64,000 bases of DNA from contig MU058153.1 of assembly GCA_013265495.1 (NCBI GenBank), positions 372,001 through 436,000 of the forward strand, in the 5' to 3' direction. The stretch is from Vicugna vicugna (lineage: Eukaryota). The position numbers and the translations under genes were made by a program. Under the pieces are notes generated by a model, which was not told where the DNA came from, did no database searches, and saw nothing but the letters and a program-made list of their open reading frames with translations. Positions 61,865 to 64,000 of this stretch are shown one piece after another. Within the stretch, counting starts at the first letter, position 1, and every line of letters starts with the position of its first letter.

Positions 61865-62090
61865 ATACAGTGTTAACTGTATGTCAGACAATGTTTAAGT
61901 ATTTTCATTCACTGAATCATTTAATCCTCTGAACAACTCCATTAGGTAGAAATTTATCATTGCTTCCATTTTACAGATGAGAAAACAATATCACAGAGCA
62001 GTGAAAAATCTTGTCCAAGGATGCACATCTAGTAAGAGGTAGAGCTGGGATGTGAACTCAGGCACCCTGTCTCCCACTCACTGTGCTGTA
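61865..62090 (-). mobile_element. MIR
   Basis: catttaatcctctgaacaactcc...ccattttacagatgagaaaacaat...cttgtccaaggatgcacatctagtaagaggtagagctgggatgtgaactcagg. Confidence 0.85.
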
Positions 62091-63213
62091 CTGTTTATGA
62101 CATAAACAGATACTAGCAGATAAACTCCTTATTGCTCTTCCAAAGGCCAGTCCAAAAGACATCAGGGTGTCTTTTATGAGACCATACCTCCCAGTGGCCA
62201 TCACCAGGTGAAAACTGGAGGTTTGGGGCAGCAACTCATTGGCTTGATCGCTCCTAGGTTTGTAAGGGAAATAAACTACAAATGAAATTTAATTCAATCT
62301 ATTTGATTTGAGTTTGTTTTTTGGTAATATACCAATGGAAATAGTTTTGCTAAATCACTAGTCTAGGTCACACACGCCACTAAAAACCTTCATAAGAGTG
62401 TTGAAAAGAATTGTCATAAAAGACTTCAAAGTGACATATGTAAAGTTTAACTTCCCAAAGTCACACACCAAATAAATGACAGGATTGGGAATCAAAACTG
62501 CGTCTTTCTGGTTCCAAGCCCATGTTACTTACAATATGTGATGCTCTTAGTAGAAAACTACAAAGAGCTACATATATGTGTATGAGTTATATTTATCTGA
62601 TGAAAACTAAAGCATGTAGCAACATGTAAAAGAATGTAACACCAAAGTTTATGTAACTCAAACATGGGCAGTCCCTGGGTCTGTTTCTCTAACCTACACC
62701 GTCACTGCATACCACATTATTTTTCCCCTTTCAGCATTCTTTTTCACAGATATTTTAACTTTGAAGTGACAGGACAATCACAACATAAAGGCTGCCATTT
62801 TGTGTGCCTCCTTGTCCCATGTATTATGTATATGAAAATATTTATGTTTTCTAATTACTCTAACCTCTGCATTCCTGTGGCTTACAGTGATAGGAACTTG
62901 ACAGGAATGAGAGAGACAAGCTGTCTTGTGACTACTGCTTGGCTGTATTATGTCATGAATCTTGTTTAGATTATGATTACTTTGGAAGAGAATGAAAATG
63001 GAGAGTCACAAAATATAACCATTCCAGTATCCCTGCTGGGGCGGACTCTATCCAAACTGGGGCTCAAAATTATGCTGATGGATTTTGCATTTTCTCTGTT
63101 AAGTTTCCTTAAATCTATGGCAATTTCTCAGCCATGGCAATCAATGATTGGTGTATGTTTGCTTGAAATTACCTCTTGTTTGTTGGTTTGCATTTTCCTC
63201 TAAGACCTCTTTT

Positions 63214-63294
63214 ATTTATTTTACAGTGTTGTATTAGTGTCTGGTGTACAGTATAGTGATTCAGTTGCACATATTCTTTTTCATTAAAGGCTAC
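63214..63294 (-). mobile_element. Very short young L1 3' end
   Basis: ttttacagtgttgtattagtgtctggtgtacagtatagtgattcagtt; TSD-like taagacctctttt (63201-63213) / taagctctctttt (63295-63307). Confidence 0.75.
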
Positions 63295-64000
63295 TAAGCT
63301 CTCTTTTGAAAGTGGTTGTGCCTCTTTTCTACTTAGTATTTAAAAGAACAGCAGATGCAGATACTTTAATTCATTATATAGTGATACTTTTCTTGTCTCT
63401 TGAGGCTGTCTTTCTCTAGATGCCCATGCTGTGTTCCCCCCTGGGGTACAATGTGTAGCAGGAGTAGGCCAGAGATCCTGGGGCTTCCCATCTTCAGGAA
63501 CTTTATTATTGCTAGTTCAGTTTTCTTAGAATGTATTATACTAAAAGGAAAATGGAGTTTCATAAATGTATTTTACTGTATCAAATGAAAGCATATTTAA
63601 AAATAAAATGCTGACTGCCAGTATTGATATCTGAGACTTCAGAGACCTCTTTGCAAACCTAAAACAGCAGTGGCAACATTTTTATCTCATGCGCCTACTC
63701 TGATCTTTCGGTAATACAACTATTGAAACACAATATTGAGCCATGCCTGGGCTCAGGAGGAGTTCAAGATCAATTAGTGATGTCTGTCATGATGAGGGAA
63801 CTGGGAAATGGTGGTACCTAGGCCAGATAGTTACCTTACTCAGGCCTAAAGCTTTCTACACAGTGATTTTCTGCCAATTTATTCCCAAGGATGACCCGGA
63901 CAATCTTACACTGTCATCACCTTTATCCACGTTCAACAAGAGCTTTATTGTTCGAGAGTTCTTACTAATGTCCAACCAGCATGGATTTGGTGTAATTTAG

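Noticed and set aside
1-64000. Prokaryotic-type systems (CRISPR, operons, defence islands), rRNA or tRNA genes
   Set aside because: The sequence is mammalian repeat-rich DNA; I found no regularly spaced direct repeats, long dense ORFs or tRNA cloverleaf
63743-64000. 85-aa ORF with good Kozak context (gccATG)
   Set aside because: No recognised homology or promoter; size compatible with chance

Overview
AT-rich placental-mammal genomic DNA with six N-runs at five sites. It is probably camelid or another cetartiodactyl: the young L1 3' tails are of that type, and I saw no Alu, B1/B2, Bov-tA/BovB, PRE-1 or CAN SINEs. I could not identify any protein-coding gene, tRNA, rRNA or CRISPR array; the window reads as a large intron or intergenic interval. 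It is dominated by interspersed repeats: old L1MB/MC/ME, L2, MIR, many MLT1 (MaLR) LTRs, MER5/MER53/MER58 hAT elements, one ERV1-like LTR and five short lineage-specific L1 3' fragments, four of which have recognisable target-site duplications. The longer six-frame ORFs are mostly repeat-derived or run through N gaps. The best-supported structural oddity is a near full-length L1MC-like element (about 3575-9495) whose 3' part is internally inverted, while its extreme 3' tail is still in the original orientation. The most speculative lead is three minus-strand exon candidates (33125-33102, 20826-20658, 10415-10202) that would splice into one 135-codon open frame I do not recognise. Repeat subfamily names come from recalled resemblance to consensus sequences and need RepeatMasker/Dfam confirmation; repeat boundaries are approximate.
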